This document shows positions 15,364 through 16,352 of a stretch of DNA of 16,352 bases, piece by piece. This stretch comes from a virus. Lineage: Duplodnaviria > Heunggongvirae > Uroviricota > Caudoviricetes. The stretch is taken from IMG/VR virus record IMGVR_UViG_2603880150_000001. The stretch is one strand, 5' to 3'. Position 1 is the first letter of the stretch; each line of letters starts with the position of its first letter. The position numbers and the translations under genes are program-made. Below the pieces are notes generated by a model. The model searched no databases. It worked only from the letters and a program-made list of their open reading frames with translations, and was not told where the DNA came from.

Positions 15364-16352
<989 letters not shown>

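Overview
The window is a P2/186-family (Peduovirus-like) prophage segment. Positions 46-13106 hold the conserved late region in canonical order. On the minus strand: tail fibre assembly G, tail fibre H, baseplate I/J/W/V, tail completion S/R, the lysis cassette lysC/lysB/K/Y (no lysA), X, head completion L, terminase M, capsid N and scaffold O. Divergent on the plus strand: terminase ATPase P and portal Q. After Q come a terminator hairpin, a small DUF2188-like gene and a 19-nt match to the 186-type cos sequence (recalled from memory). Beyond cos (13593-15363) the sequence turns abruptly AT-rich and carries non-structural cargo: a 236-aa HNH-nuclease-domain protein with an unrecognised C-terminal domain, an unrecognised 69-aa ORF, and a DinI-like gene. 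The two small genes are each followed by a copy of a ~70-nt repeat that folds into a hairpin. An IS5 element (left inverted repeat at 15364, insH running off the window end) sits 60 bp upstream of the DinI-like gene. The cos-proximal cargo island, and the HNH protein in particular, is the most likely place for an undescribed accessory or defence function. All calls rest on reading the translations and sequence by eye; no database search was run.
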